Shown here: piece by piece, positions 34,215 to 43,577 of the stretch
Layout of the letters: every line of letters begins with the position of its first letter
Position numbering within the stretch: the stretch's first letter is position 1
DNA from: Clostridia bacterium
GTDB lineage: Bacteria; Bacillota; Clostridia; Christensenellales; QALW01
Direction: 5' to 3'
Length of the DNA stretch: 64,000 nucleotides
NCBI GenBank assembly: GCA_017502165.1
Contig: JAFVVO010000005.1
Span: 10,705 to 74,704 of the forward strand
The notes under the pieces: generated by a model
What the model was told of the DNA's origin: nothing
Database searches by the model: none
What the model saw: the letters and a program-made list of their open reading frames with translations, nothing else
Translations under genes and position numbers: made by a program

Positions 34215-37200
34215 TTAAGCGTCAATAGTTGAAATAGTAAGAGTGGTTTCCTCTAAAACGTCAAGCAAAACACGTACTGTGTCAAGTGCCGTAAACATTG
34301 TAACGTTGTTTTCAGTTGCTAAGCGGCGGATTTCGTGACCGTCGTTATACTGACCGGCTGAACTGATATCCTTGGTATTGATAACGTAGGCAATATGTCC
34401 CTGACGAAGTGCTTCCGGAATTTCTTCGGGATCTTCGTGAATCTTTTTAAGCACGTGAGTTCTGATTCCGTTTGCCTTTAAGAATTGAGCCGTACCTGAT
34501 GTTGCCTGAACATTAAAGCCAAGATTATAAAAACGGCGGATTAAGGGAAGTGCCTCTTCCTTATCCTTATCGGCAATGGTTGCGAAAACCGTACCGTAAT
34601 TCTGAAGATGCATTCCCGACGCCTGAAGTGCCTTATAAAGCGCACGGTTAAGCTTATCGTCATATCCGATGGCTTCACCGGTGGATTTCATTTCAGGTGA
34701 AAGGTAAGCGTCAAGACCGCGAATCTTGTTAAATGAGAATACGGGAACTTTTACGTACCAGCGTTTCTTCTCCTGCGGATAAATATCGAAGATTCCCTGC
34801 TCCTTAAGGGATTTGCCCATAATAACCTCGGTGGCAATATCGGCTAAGCTGTAGCCCGTTGCCTTTGATAAAAAAGGAACTGTTCTTGATGAACGGGGGT
34901 TAACCTCAATAATAAATACGTTGTCGTTTTCGTCAACGATAAACTGAATATTGTAAAGACCTATAATTCCGATACCAAGACCTAACTGCTTGGCGTACTG
35001 CAAAATTATGCCGCGTACTCTGTCGGAAATACTGAAGGTGGGATAAATGCTGATGGAGTCGCCGCTATGAATACCTGTTCTTTCAACAAGCTCCATAATG
35101 CCGGGAACGAATACGTCGCGTCCGTCACAGATAGCGTCAACCTCAACTTCTTTACCCTGAATGTATTTATCAACAAGAACGGGCTTGTCCTCATCGATTT
35201 CAACGGCGGTTTTAAGATAATGACGGAGCTGCTCCTCATTTGCTACAATTTGCATTGCTCTGCCGCCTAAAACGAAGCTGGGACGAACAAGAACGGGATA
35301 ACCGATTTCCTTTGCGGCGGAAATGCCGTCTTCAATCTTGGTTACGGCTCTGCCCTGAGGCTGAGGAATGTTCAGCTCTTCAAGAACCTTCTCGAAGCTA
35401 TCTCTGTTTTCTGCTCTTTCGATAGCGTCACAGTCAGTACCGATAATCTTAACTCCGCGTGCCATCAAAGGCTCTGCAAGGTTGATAGCAGTCTGTCCGC
35501 CTAAGGATGCGATTACGCCTTCGGGCTTTTCAAACTCAATAATATTCATAACGTCTTCAGGAGTTAAGGGTTCGAAATAGAGCTTGTCTGCCGTAGTGTA
35601 GTCGGTTGAAACTGTTTCGGGGTTATTATTGATGATAATAGCTTCATAGCCTGACTTTTTAATGGTTGTTACTGCGTGTACGGTTGAATAGTCAAACTCT
35701 ACGCCCTGACCGATACGAATAGGGCCTGCGCCAAGCACTACAATTTTCTTTTTGTCGGTTACTATTGAGGCGTTTTCACCGGTATATGAGGAGTAGAAGT
35801 AAGGAATATATGCGTTGGTGTGGCAAGTATCTACCATTCTGTAAATGGGGAAAATATTGTTTTCTTTTCTTAAATTGAAAACGTCAATTTCGGGACATTC
35901 CCACAGCTTTGCAATAAACTTATCGGAAAAGCCCATTGTTTTTGCTTCCTTAAGTGTTGCTAAATCTCCCTTATTTGCCTTAACCTTTGCTTCCATTTTA
36001 ACAATGCGCTCAACGGCTTCAAGGAAGTATGCGGTGATTTTAGTTATTTCGTGAAGCTCCTCAACGGTTGAGCCGAGACGCATAAGCTGAGCAATGGCAA
36101 AAATGTTGTCGTCCTTAAACTCTTCGATATAATTTTTTAATTCTTCCTTAGTCATTGAGTCGAACTTGGGAAGATGGAAATGGCACGCGCCGATTTCAAG
36201 GGAACGAACGGATTTAAGCAGGCATTCTTCAAGTGATGAGCCAATGCCCATTACCTCGCCCGTTGCTTTCATTTGGGTACCGAGGGTGTTCTTTGCAGTT
36301 GCAAACTTATCAAAGGGGAATCTGGGAAGCTTTGCAATTACGTAGTCAAGGCTGGGCTCAAACGCCGCGTTGGTGTTAGCAATAGAAATATCCTCAAGAG
36401 CCATACCTACTGCAATTTTTGCAGTAACTCTTGCAATGGGATATCCGCTTGCCTTGGAAGCAAGAGCAGACGAACGGGAAACGCGGGGGTTAACCTCAAT
36501 TAAGTAATATTCACTCGTTTCGGGGTTAAGTGCAAACTGAACGTTGCAGCCGCCTGAAATCTTAAGCTCGCGGATAATCTTGATAGCGCTGTCGTTGAGC
36601 ATTTTTTCGTCTTTTTTGCTTAAAGTCATAATAGGTGCTACAACGAGAGAGTCGCCCGTGTGAACGCCTACGGGGTCGATATTTTCCATACCGCAGATGG
36701 TGATTGCGTGATCATTGGAGTCACGCATAACCTCAAACTCGATTTCCTTATAGCCTTTAACGCTCTTTTCGATAAGCACCTGATGAACGGGTGAAAGCTT
36801 GAAGGCGTTAAGACCGATTTCAATAAGCTCTTCTTCGTTATTGGCAAAGCCGCCGCCGGTTCCGCCTAAGGTAAAGGCAGGACGAAGAACTACGGGATAG
36901 CCGATTTTCTTTGCGGCTTTTTTTGCTTCTTCTATGCTATAGGTAATTTCGGAGGGGATTGTAGGCTCACCGATTGACTGACAAAGCTCCTTAAAAAGCT
37001 CACGGTCCTCGGCACGCTCAATACTTTCACTGCTTGTGCCTAAAAGCTCTACTCCGCATTCCTTAAGCACGCCCTTTTTCTCTAATTGCATTGCAAGGTT
37101 AAGGCCCGTCTGTCCGCCGATACCGGGAACGATAGCATCAGGTCGCTCGAAGCGCAAAATCTTTGCTATGTACTCTAAGGTAAGAGGCTCCATATAGACC

Positions 37201-37388
37201 TTATCCGCAATGGAGGTGTCGGTCATAATGGTTGCAGGGTTTGAGTTACAAAGAACTACCTCATAGCCCTCTTCCTTTAAGGCGAGACAAGCCTGGGTGC
37301 CTGCATAGTCAAATTCAGCCGCCTGACCGATTACGATAGGTCCGGAGCCGATAATAAGAATTTTTTTGATGTCTGTTCTCTTTGCCAT
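34215..37388 (-). CDS. carB: carbamoyl-phosphate synthase large subunit
   Basis: About 1057 aa from MAKRTDIKKILIIGSGPIVIGQAAEFDYAGTQA, with a duplicated ATP-grasp and a C-terminal MGS-like domain. The start was set at the ATG at 37388. No carA lies on either side. Confidence 0.95.
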   Translation of the reverse strand: MAKRTDIKKILIIGSGPIVIGQAAEFDYAGTQACLALKEEGYEVVLCNSNPATIMTDTSIADKVYMEPLTLEYIAKILRFERPDAIVPGIGGQTGLNLAMQLEKKGVLKECGVELLGTSSESIERAEDRELFKELCQSIGEPTIPSEITYSIEEAKKAAKKIGYPVVLRPAFTLGGTGGGFANNEEELIEIGLNAFKLSPVHQVLIEKSVKGYKEIEFEVMRDSNDHAITICGMENIDPVGVHTGDSLVVAPIMTLSKKDEKMLNDSAIKIIRELKISGGCNVQFALNPETSEYYLIEVNPRVSRSSALASKASGYPIARVTAKIAVGMALEDISIANTNAAFEPSLDYVIAKLPRFPFDKFATAKNTLGTQMKATGEVMGIGSSLEECLLKSVRSLEIGACHFHLPKFDSMTKEELKNYIEEFKDDNIFAIAQLMRLGSTVEELHEITKITAYFLEAVERIVKMEAKVKANKGDLATLKEAKTMGFSDKFIAKLWECPEIDVFNLRKENNIFPIYRMVDTCHTNAYIPYFYSSYTGENASIVTDKKKIVVLGAGPIRIGQGVEFDYSTVHAVTTIKKSGYEAIIINNNPETVSTDYTTADKLYFEPLTPEDVMNIIEFEKPEGVIASLGGQTAINLAEPLMARGVKIIGTDCDAIERAENRDSFEKVLEELNIPQPQGRAVTKIEDGISAAKEIGYPVLVRPSFVLGGRAMQIVANEEQLRHYLKTAVEIDEDKPVLVDKYIQGKEVEVDAICDGRDVFVPGIMELVERTGIHSGDSISIYPTFSISDRVRGIILQYAKQLGLGIGIIGLYNIQFIVDENDNVFIIEVNPRSSRTVPFLSKATGYSLADIATEVIMGKSLKEQGIFDIYPQEKKRWYVKVPVFSFNKIRGLDAYLSPEMKSTGEAIGYDDKLNRALYKALQASGMHLQNYGTVFATIADKDKEEALPLIRRFYNLGFNVQATSGTAQFLKANGIRTHVLKKIHEDPEEIPEALRQGHIAYVINTKDISSAGQYNDGHEIRRLATENNVTMFTALDTVRVLLDVLEETTLTISTIDA

Positions 37389-37408
37389 AAAAAGCCTCCA
37401 ATAAATAT

Positions 37409-38614
37409 TTAAGATTGGTAAACGATTTTGCCGTTGCATACCGTAAGGACGCATTTGCCGTTCACTGCGTAGCCCTCAAAGGGCGTTGCCTTACCCATTG
37501 AGAGAAAATCGTTAGTGTCGATTTTGTATTGTGAAGATAAATCCCAGATAGTGAAGCTGTTATCATCCTGAATGTTAAAGCGTGCTTTTGCGTTTAAGCT
37601 CATCAGGTCTATAAGCTTTTCGACAGTTATAATGCCCGTTTTAACAAAGTGGGTGTACATTAAGGGAAATGCCGTCTCTATTCCCACTATACCAAAGGCG
37701 CTCTTTTCAAGTCCCTTTGATTTTTCTTCTGCCGAATGAGGTGCGTGGTCGGTAGCAATCATATCTATAGTACCGTCGCAGATGCCTTCAATTAAGGCAA
37801 GCTTATCCTCTTTGCTTCGAATGGGCGGATTCATTTTGAATCTGCCCTCTTCCTGAAGGTCACTATCGTCTAAAATCAGGTAATGCGGTCCCGTTTCGCA
37901 GGTTACGTTTACTCCGCGCTTTTTTGCCTGGCGGATAAGCTCAACGCTTTCCTTTGTTGAAATGTGGCAAACGTGGTATGGGCAACCCGTTTCCTCAGCA
38001 AGCTGAAGGTCGCGCTCTATCTGCACAAATTCGCTTTCAGAGCAAATACCACGGTGCCCGTGAGTTTTTGCATAGATACCATCGTGAATATAGCCCCCGC
38101 GAAGAAGAGAATTCTCTTCGCAATGAGCTACTATCATTTTGCCCAGGCTTTTTGCCTTTAGCATAGCCTCGCGCATAAGCTCCTTTTGTTGAATACCCTT
38201 TCCGTCATCAGTAAAGGCGATGGCGTAGGGCGCCATGGAAGTAAAATCGGAAAGCTCTTCACCAGCCTGGCGGACGGTTATTGAGCCATAAGGATATACG
38301 TTGATGCAGGCGGTATCGTCTATAATTTGCTTTTGAAGCAGAACGTTCTCTTTACTGTCAGGAACGGGATTCAGGTTGGGCATTGTGCAAACGGAGGTGT
38401 AGCCACCGTGAGCAGACGCTCTTGAGCCGGTTAAAATTGTTTCTTTATAAGAAAAACCCGGTTCTCTGAAGTGCACATGCACATCACAAAAACCGGGAAA
38501 AACAGAAAATTTATCCGTATTGAATTTTGAAAGCTCCTGAGATTCTAAAAGAGAGGATACTACTGCCTTGGCACTTGCTGAAAGCCCTATAGTTTTGCTT
38601 TTTAACAGTTCCAT
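37409..38614 (-). CDS. pyrC: dihydroorotase
   Basis: DVHVHFREPG (HxH metal site) and TDHAPH. The start was tentatively set at the ATG at 38614 (MELLKSK). The N-terminal ~45 aa are atypical. Confidence 0.85.
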   Translation of the reverse strand: MELLKSKTIGLSASAKAVVSSLLESQELSKFNTDKFSVFPGFCDVHVHFREPGFSYKETILTGSRASAHGGYTSVCTMPNLNPVPDSKENVLLQKQIIDDTACINVYPYGSITVRQAGEELSDFTSMAPYAIAFTDDGKGIQQKELMREAMLKAKSLGKMIVAHCEENSLLRGGYIHDGIYAKTHGHRGICSESEFVQIERDLQLAEETGCPYHVCHISTKESVELIRQAKKRGVNVTCETGPHYLILDDSDLQEEGRFKMNPPIRSKEDKLALIEGICDGTIDMIATDHAPHSAEEKSKGLEKSAFGIVGIETAFPLMYTHFVKTGIITVEKLIDLMSLNAKARFNIQDDNSFTIWDLSSQYKIDTNDFLSMGKATPFEGYAVNGKCVLTVCNGKIVYQS

Positions 38615-38630
38615 ATCTGTTCCCTTTCTC

Positions 38631-38658
38631 AAAAAAAGCCTTGCCAAAGACGCAAGAC
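38631..38658 (-). terminator. leader terminator (attenuator) upstream of pyrC
   Basis: Minus-strand hairpin GTCTTGC-gtctttg-GCAAGGC followed by TTTTTTT, 16 nt before the pyrC SD. Confidence 0.65.
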
Positions 38659-38745
38659 CACACTAAAAGAGGATACAGCAATGCTGTACCGAAATTTATG
38701 TAAAATCTTGCCGATATCTCTGTACCGTCTTTTAAAGATTTATTT
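38659..38745 (-). promoter_or_regulatory. pyr operon leader with a PyrR-box-like element and alternative hairpins
   Basis: The minus strand reads CUUUAAAAGACGGUACAGAGAUAUCGGCAAG, which resembles the PyrR binding loop UUUAA-AGUCCAGAGAGGCU. CGGUACAG is duplicated (CGGTACAGAGATATCGG and CGGTACAGCATTGCTGTATCC), suggesting mutually exclusive structures. No pyrR gene is in the window. Confidence 0.45.
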
Positions 38746-38751
38746 TTTATA

Positions 38752-38780
38752 ATTGTATCATTCTGCCGTTTTTTTGTCAA
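38752..38780 (-). promoter_or_regulatory. sigma-A consensus promoter of the pyr operon (TTGACA-17 bp-TACAAT)
   Basis: On the minus strand, TTGACA (38780-38775), a 17-bp spacer and TACAAT (38757-38752). Confidence 0.65.
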
Positions 38781-38950
38781 CAAACTTTTAGGTTTTTGGC
38801 GCGTTTTTTGGTGTATTTTGGACGTGTTTTTTGGACTTAATTTTTTTGTAATTCTTTTGTAAAAATTAGTGGGTATTTTAGCGCTGATTTTTCCGTTTTT
38901 TTACTTTGTTTTTTGCTCGCCGCGCAAAAGATTTTATTTTTGGTTGCTCA

Positions 38951-38983
38951 AAGAAAAAGAGCGCAGATTTTCTCTGCGCTCAA
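38951..38983 (-). terminator. intrinsic terminator of the ispH-S1 gene
   Basis: Minus-strand hairpin GAGCGCAGA-gaaaa-TCTGCGCTC followed by TTTTTCTTT. Confidence 0.8.
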
Positions 38984-38988
38984 AACAA

Positions 38989-40983
38989 TTATTCTTCTGC
39001 TTCGGCAGCTTCTTCTACTGCTTCGGCAGCTTCTTCTACTGCTTCGGCAGCCTCTTTGGCTGCTTCTTCGGTTTCTTCAACCTCTTCGGGAAGAAGTGCC
39101 TTGATTGAAAGGCTGATTCTCTTCTGCTCGGTGTTTACGTCAAGCACCAAGGCTTCGATTTCGTCGCCAACCTTAACCGCTTCCTCAACCTTGGAAACGA
39201 ACTTGTTGGAAACCTCGGAAATATGTACCAAGCCGTCAATTCCGGGCTCAAGAGCAACGAATGCACCAAAGGTGGTGATGCGAACTACGGTACCCTTAAC
39301 AACGGAATCTACTGCGTACTTTTCTTCTGCATTGTCCCAGGGCTTAGGCTGAAGCTGCTTGTAGCCTAAGGAAATACGCTGATTTTCTCTGTCAAGAGAA
39401 AGGATTACAACCTCGATTTCGTCATTAACCTTAAGAACGTCCTCAGGCTTGTTAATGCGATACCATGCGATATCACCGATATGAACAAGACCGTCAACAC
39501 CGCCAAGGTCAACGAATGCGCCGAAGTCGGTAAGTCTGCGAACGATACCCTTTACGGTTTCGCCCTCAGCAAGCTTACTCCAAGCATTTTCGAGAGCCTC
39601 TGCTCTTTCCTGAGCAACGATGGCACCGTGAGTTGCTACTACTCTGCGACGCTTTGCGTCAATATCAATAGCTTTAACGCGAAGAGTCTGACCAACGTAG
39701 CGGTCAACATCCTTGGCAAAGCCGTTTGCTCTGATTTGTGAACGGGGAATAAATACTCTTACGCCCTCATAATCTGCGGTAAGGCCGCCCTTAACTGCTT
39801 CCTTAACGGTTACTTCAAAGATTTCGCCGTTGGAAATGTTTGCAATGGTTTTGTCTGCTTCAGCGCGTGCAAGAACTTTCTTTCTTGAAAGAACTACGTT
39901 ACCGTTACCGTCATTGATCTTTATAACTTCAACTTCGATCTCGTCGCCCTCTGCAAAAGCAACGGTAGGATCTTCCTCACCAAGCTCTTCCTTGGCAATC
40001 AAACCGTCTGCCTTGTAACCGATATCTACGCTTACCTCATCCTTTTTTGCATAGATAACCTTGCCCGTAATAATCTGACCGGGACGAATCTTAACCAAAG
40101 TTTTATTCATTTCTTCTTCAAAACTAAGGTCCTGCGCAAAAACTTCATTTTCGCTCATTTTTTCCACAACCTCCTTTATTAACCAATCCGGCGTGGAAGC
40201 ACCGGCGGTTACCCCTATGATATCGTTTTTATATGTTTTTATGGTCAAAACCTCTTTTGTGTTTTCGACCGCATAGGTTCGTTTGCAATATTCACTGCAT
40301 ATTTTATACAGCTTGGCGGTGTTGGAGCTTTGCCTGCCCCCTATTACCACCATCACGTCTGCCTTTTGAGCTATTTCCTTTGCTTCGCTTTGCCTGTCGC
40401 CCGTAGCATCGCAAATAGTATCAAAAACGTTGATTTTGTTGGTTTCGTATTTTTCCTTCAAAAGAGCAATTATACTGTCGAAAACGTCGCGTCTGGTAGT
40501 GGTCTGTGCTACTACGCAAAGCTCTTTTTCAGTTTCGGGGAGATTTTGCACCTCTTGCCAGGTATCAACAACGAAGCCCGTATTTTCGCAATGGCCGTTG
40601 ATGCCTATGACCTCGGGATGCGTTCTCTCGCCTATTATAACAATAAACTCGTTATTTAGCAAAGCCTTTTGAACAATTTTTTGAATTCTTCGAACAAAAG
40701 GGCAGGTTGCATCAACAATACGTATTCCTTTTTGACTGAATGCGTCTATTTCTGCCTTGGGTGCACCGTGACTGCGGATTATAACGGCACCCTCGGAAAC
40801 CTCGTCAGCACTTTCAACGGGATAAACACCGTTATCCTTAAACTGCTGTACTACCTGGGGATTATGTATTATTTCTCCTAAGGTGTAAAGCTTGGGATAT
40901 ACTCCCATATTATTTTCAACCGTTTCAACGGCTTTCTTTACGCCGAAGCAAAAGCCTGCGCTTTTGGCGATTATGAATTTCAT
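38989..40983 (-). CDS. ispH: bifunctional 4-hydroxy-3-methylbut-2-enyl diphosphate reductase (IspH/LytB) fused to ribosomal protein S1 repeats
   Basis: 664 aa. The N-terminal ~280 aa are LytB-like (AKSAGFCFGVKKAV, ATCPFV, VIGGRQSSNT). Four S1/OB repeats follow (GQIITGKV, GEIFEVTV, GETVKGIV, DSVVKGTV), then an acidic tail. This fusion is common in Clostridia. Confidence 0.9.
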   Translation of the reverse strand: MKFIIAKSAGFCFGVKKAVETVENNMGVYPKLYTLGEIIHNPQVVQQFKDNGVYPVESADEVSEGAVIIRSHGAPKAEIDAFSQKGIRIVDATCPFVRRIQKIVQKALLNNEFIVIIGERTHPEVIGINGHCENTGFVVDTWQEVQNLPETEKELCVVAQTTTRRDVFDSIIALLKEKYETNKINVFDTICDATGDRQSEAKEIAQKADVMVVIGGRQSSNTAKLYKICSEYCKRTYAVENTKEVLTIKTYKNDIIGVTAGASTPDWLIKEVVEKMSENEVFAQDLSFEEEMNKTLVKIRPGQIITGKVIYAKKDEVSVDIGYKADGLIAKEELGEEDPTVAFAEGDEIEVEVIKINDGNGNVVLSRKKVLARAEADKTIANISNGEIFEVTVKEAVKGGLTADYEGVRVFIPRSQIRANGFAKDVDRYVGQTLRVKAIDIDAKRRRVVATHGAIVAQERAEALENAWSKLAEGETVKGIVRRLTDFGAFVDLGGVDGLVHIGDIAWYRINKPEDVLKVNDEIEVVILSLDRENQRISLGYKQLQPKPWDNAEEKYAVDSVVKGTVVRITTFGAFVALEPGIDGLVHISEVSNKFVSKVEEAVKVGDEIEALVLDVNTEQKRISLSIKALLPEEVEETEEAAKEAAEAVEEAAEAVEEAAEAEE
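39000..39062 (-). repeat. 21-bp tandem repeat (2 full units plus 1 partial) encoding the EEAAEAV acidic tail of IspH-S1
   Basis: Plus-strand unit CTTCGGCAGCTTCTTCTACTG at 39000-39020 and 39021-39041, with a diverged third unit at 39042-39062. Confidence 0.85.
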
Positions 40984-41570
40984 TTCTCCACCTCAAGCAA
41001 GTTATTCATTGTTACGGTTATTTTTTCGATAAATTCCTTTTGCACCGCAGAATTTGCTTTTTTACCTTCAAACTCACTTAAATCAAGCTGCTTACCTATG
41101 TAAAGCACGTTTTTCTTGAACATTGCGGGTTTTGAAGTATACATCATAGGCACTACTCTGCTGAAATTTTTCAAAGCAATCATAGCAACGCCTGCGTGCA
41201 TTTGCTTAAGTTTAACTTCAGGGCTATCTGTTCGTGTACCCTGAGGGTAAATGCAGAGATTCTTTTTCTCCTTAAGAATCTGACACGCATACCGCACTGA
41301 TGCAAGATCTATGCTCCGTCTGTCAACGGAGAAAACACCTATTTTTTTGAGTATCCAACCAAGTGGCTTAAAAGAAAACAGCTCTTTTTTTGCCATAAAG
41401 CAGGTTGTTTGAGGTAAAATATAAAAATTTAATATCGCATCAAAAATGCTTTGATGATTACATACGTAAACTACGTTTCCGTCAATAATGTTTTCTCTGC
41501 CGTGGATTTCTATCCTGCAAAACACTTTAATCACGAAACGCGCGAGATAAAAGACAAATTTTTTGAGCAT
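40980..41570 (-). CDS. plsC: 1-acyl-sn-glycerol-3-phosphate acyltransferase
   Basis: 196 aa with the HxxxxD motif NHQSIFD and IYPQGTR. Confidence 0.85.
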   Translation of the reverse strand: MLKKFVFYLARFVIKVFCRIEIHGRENIIDGNVVYVCNHQSIFDAILNFYILPQTTCFMAKKELFSFKPLGWILKKIGVFSVDRRSIDLASVRYACQILKEKKNLCIYPQGTRTDSPEVKLKQMHAGVAMIALKNFSRVVPMMYTSKPAMFKKNVLYIGKQLDLSEFEGKKANSAVQKEFIEKITVTMNNLLEVEK

Positions 41571-42230
41571 TTATTTGCCCGCCTTGATTATGCCTGCTAT
41601 ATAATCCTCAACCTCTTGCGCAGTCATATTTGTGCTGTCAACCAAAATGGCGTCTTCAGCCTGACGCAAAGGTGCAAATTCTCTGTGAGAATCGTTATAA
41701 TCTCTTCGCTCGATTTCTGCTTTAATTTTCTCTAATTCAACGATTTCGCCCTTTTCGGCAAGCTCTTTCACTCTGCGTTTTGCTCGCTCAAGGGAATCTG
41801 CAGTTAAATAGAACTTAAAATCCGCATCGGGCAAAACGTAGGTGCCGATATCTCTGCCGTCTAAGATGCAGTCGTTTTCGTTGGCAGTTTTACGCTGCAT
41901 TTCTACCAGGAATAAACGAATGGGCTTAAGAGCCGAAAAGTCACTTGCGGCGGCAGAAATTCTGTTTTCTCTAATTTTTGCGGAAACGTCTTTGCCTGAA
42001 AGATAAATCTTCTGAACACCGTCCTCATACTTAACGAGGAAATCAATGTTTTCAAGGGCTTTAATAACGCCTTCGGAATCATTAAGAGCAACGTTTTCAT
42101 TTAACATATGAAGTGCTACACCTCGGTACATTGCGCCCGTATCAAGATACATTATATTAAGTTTTTTCGCTAATGCCTTTGCTACTGTGCTTTTGCCTGC
42201 TCCTGCAGGTCCGTCAAGTGCAATTTTCAT
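41571..42230 (-). CDS. cmk: cytidylate kinase
   Basis: IALDGPAGAGKST P-loop. The start was set at the ATG at 42230 (MKIALDG), which has CAGGAG upstream. The cmk-plsC-S1 linkage is typical. Confidence 0.9.
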   Translation of the reverse strand: MKIALDGPAGAGKSTVAKALAKKLNIMYLDTGAMYRGVALHMLNENVALNDSEGVIKALENIDFLVKYEDGVQKIYLSGKDVSAKIRENRISAAASDFSALKPIRLFLVEMQRKTANENDCILDGRDIGTYVLPDADFKFYLTADSLERAKRRVKELAEKGEIVELEKIKAEIERRDYNDSHREFAPLRQAEDAILVDSTNMTAQEVEDYIAGIIKAGK

Positions 42231-42285
42231 ATTTTTCTCCTGACATTTAACATTAAGAAATGTAAATTTTTCGGTTTTATTAGGG

Positions 42286-43512
42286 TTAGCAGGAGCTTCC
42301 TGCCAGGTAGCCCGTGGAAAGCGCAAGCTGAATGTTGAAGCCTCCGGTTAAAGCGTCGATATCAATCATTTCACCTGCAAAGAACAGTCCTTTAATAATT
42401 TTACTTTCCATTGTAGAGGGGTCAATTTCCTTGGTATTTATTCCCCCGCGGGTTACGATAGCCTCGTTAATATCCCGAAGCCCGTCAACCGTAATTTCAA
42501 GATTTTTAAGTGTATGCACGAGCCTTGCCCGTTTTTCCTGCGTGAACTGATTTATTGGCTGATTTTCGTCTAAATCAGCACGATAAAGCACTGCTTCAAG
42601 CAACCTTGAGGGCAACAGCTTTGAGCAGGCGTTTTTAAGCTGTTTGTTGCCGGCGCATGCGAAATCACGCAAAATGCGGTCGTCCAACTGCTGATTTGAT
42701 AATCCGGGCTTTAGGTCAACCGTGACCTTTAATTTTGAAAAGTCATAGGATTTAAGCTTACTGCTTAGGGTAAGCACCAAGGGACCTGAAATGCCAAAGT
42801 GCGTAAAGAGCATTTCGCCTAATTCTTCATAAATTTTTCTGCCTGCATATTCTGCTTTTAGGGTTACGTTTTTAAGGGAAATTCCCTGAAGGGCGCGCAC
42901 CCACTCCTGCTTTGATGTTAAAGGAATAAGGGCAGGAATAAAATCCTCTACCTTATGCCCTGAATCAGTTATCATTTTTCGCCAGGCTCCGTCTGAGCCG
43001 GTGGAAACGTACGAAGCGCCTCCGAGAGCAAGAATTACTCCGTCGCAGTTGTGCGTGTCACCGTTATATTTTATGCCGACTATGCGGTTATTTTCGATAG
43101 TTAAGTCTTCAAGACAGGTGTTAAGCAACACCTTTACCGATGCGTTTTTAAGATTTTTCTCAAGGGCTTTAATTATGTCGCTTGATTTATCGCTTACGGG
43201 AAACACTCTGTTTCCACGCTCGGTTTTAAGCTTTACCCCGTTGTTTTCGATAAGTTCGACAGTGTTATCGGGGGTAAAGGAATATACCGCCGAATAGCAA
43301 AAGTTTGCGTTATGGGCAATGTTTGCAAAAAAATCTTCAATATCGCAGGCATTTGTAACGTTACATCTGCCCTTGCCCGTTATAAAAAGCTTTTTGCCTA
43401 ATTTTTCATTTTTTTCTATAAGGGTGGTGTCATACCCCTGCTGTGCGGCAGTTGCAGCCGCTATCATTCCCGCAGGGCCACCGCCGATAACGAAAATCTT
43501 TTTGGGTTGCAT
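42286..43512 (-). CDS. HI0933/YhiN (BaiN-like) family FAD-dependent oxidoreductase
   Basis: 408 aa with IFVIGGGPAGMIAA (GxGxxG), a C-terminal GLFFAGEMIDIDALTGGFN, and typical family length. Confidence 0.75.
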   Translation of the reverse strand: MQPKKIFVIGGGPAGMIAAATAAQQGYDTTLIEKNEKLGKKLFITGKGRCNVTNACDIEDFFANIAHNANFCYSAVYSFTPDNTVELIENNGVKLKTERGNRVFPVSDKSSDIIKALEKNLKNASVKVLLNTCLEDLTIENNRIVGIKYNGDTHNCDGVILALGGASYVSTGSDGAWRKMITDSGHKVEDFIPALIPLTSKQEWVRALQGISLKNVTLKAEYAGRKIYEELGEMLFTHFGISGPLVLTLSSKLKSYDFSKLKVTVDLKPGLSNQQLDDRILRDFACAGNKQLKNACSKLLPSRLLEAVLYRADLDENQPINQFTQEKRARLVHTLKNLEITVDGLRDINEAIVTRGGINTKEIDPSTMESKIIKGLFFAGEMIDIDALTGGFNIQLALSTGYLAGSSC

Positions 43513-43577
43513 AATGCCTCTCTCAAAAATTGTGCCTCGGAAGCCGATTAAACGGCTTCCAAGGTAATTATTGTTAA

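Noticed and set aside
38869-39352. Plus-strand ORFs 38869-39108, 38906-39352 and 38913-39104
   Set aside because: They are antisense shadows of the 21-bp repeat and S1 region of ispH-S1 plus the T-tract intergenic region. Their repetitive Ser/Ala/Leu translations derive from the repeat.
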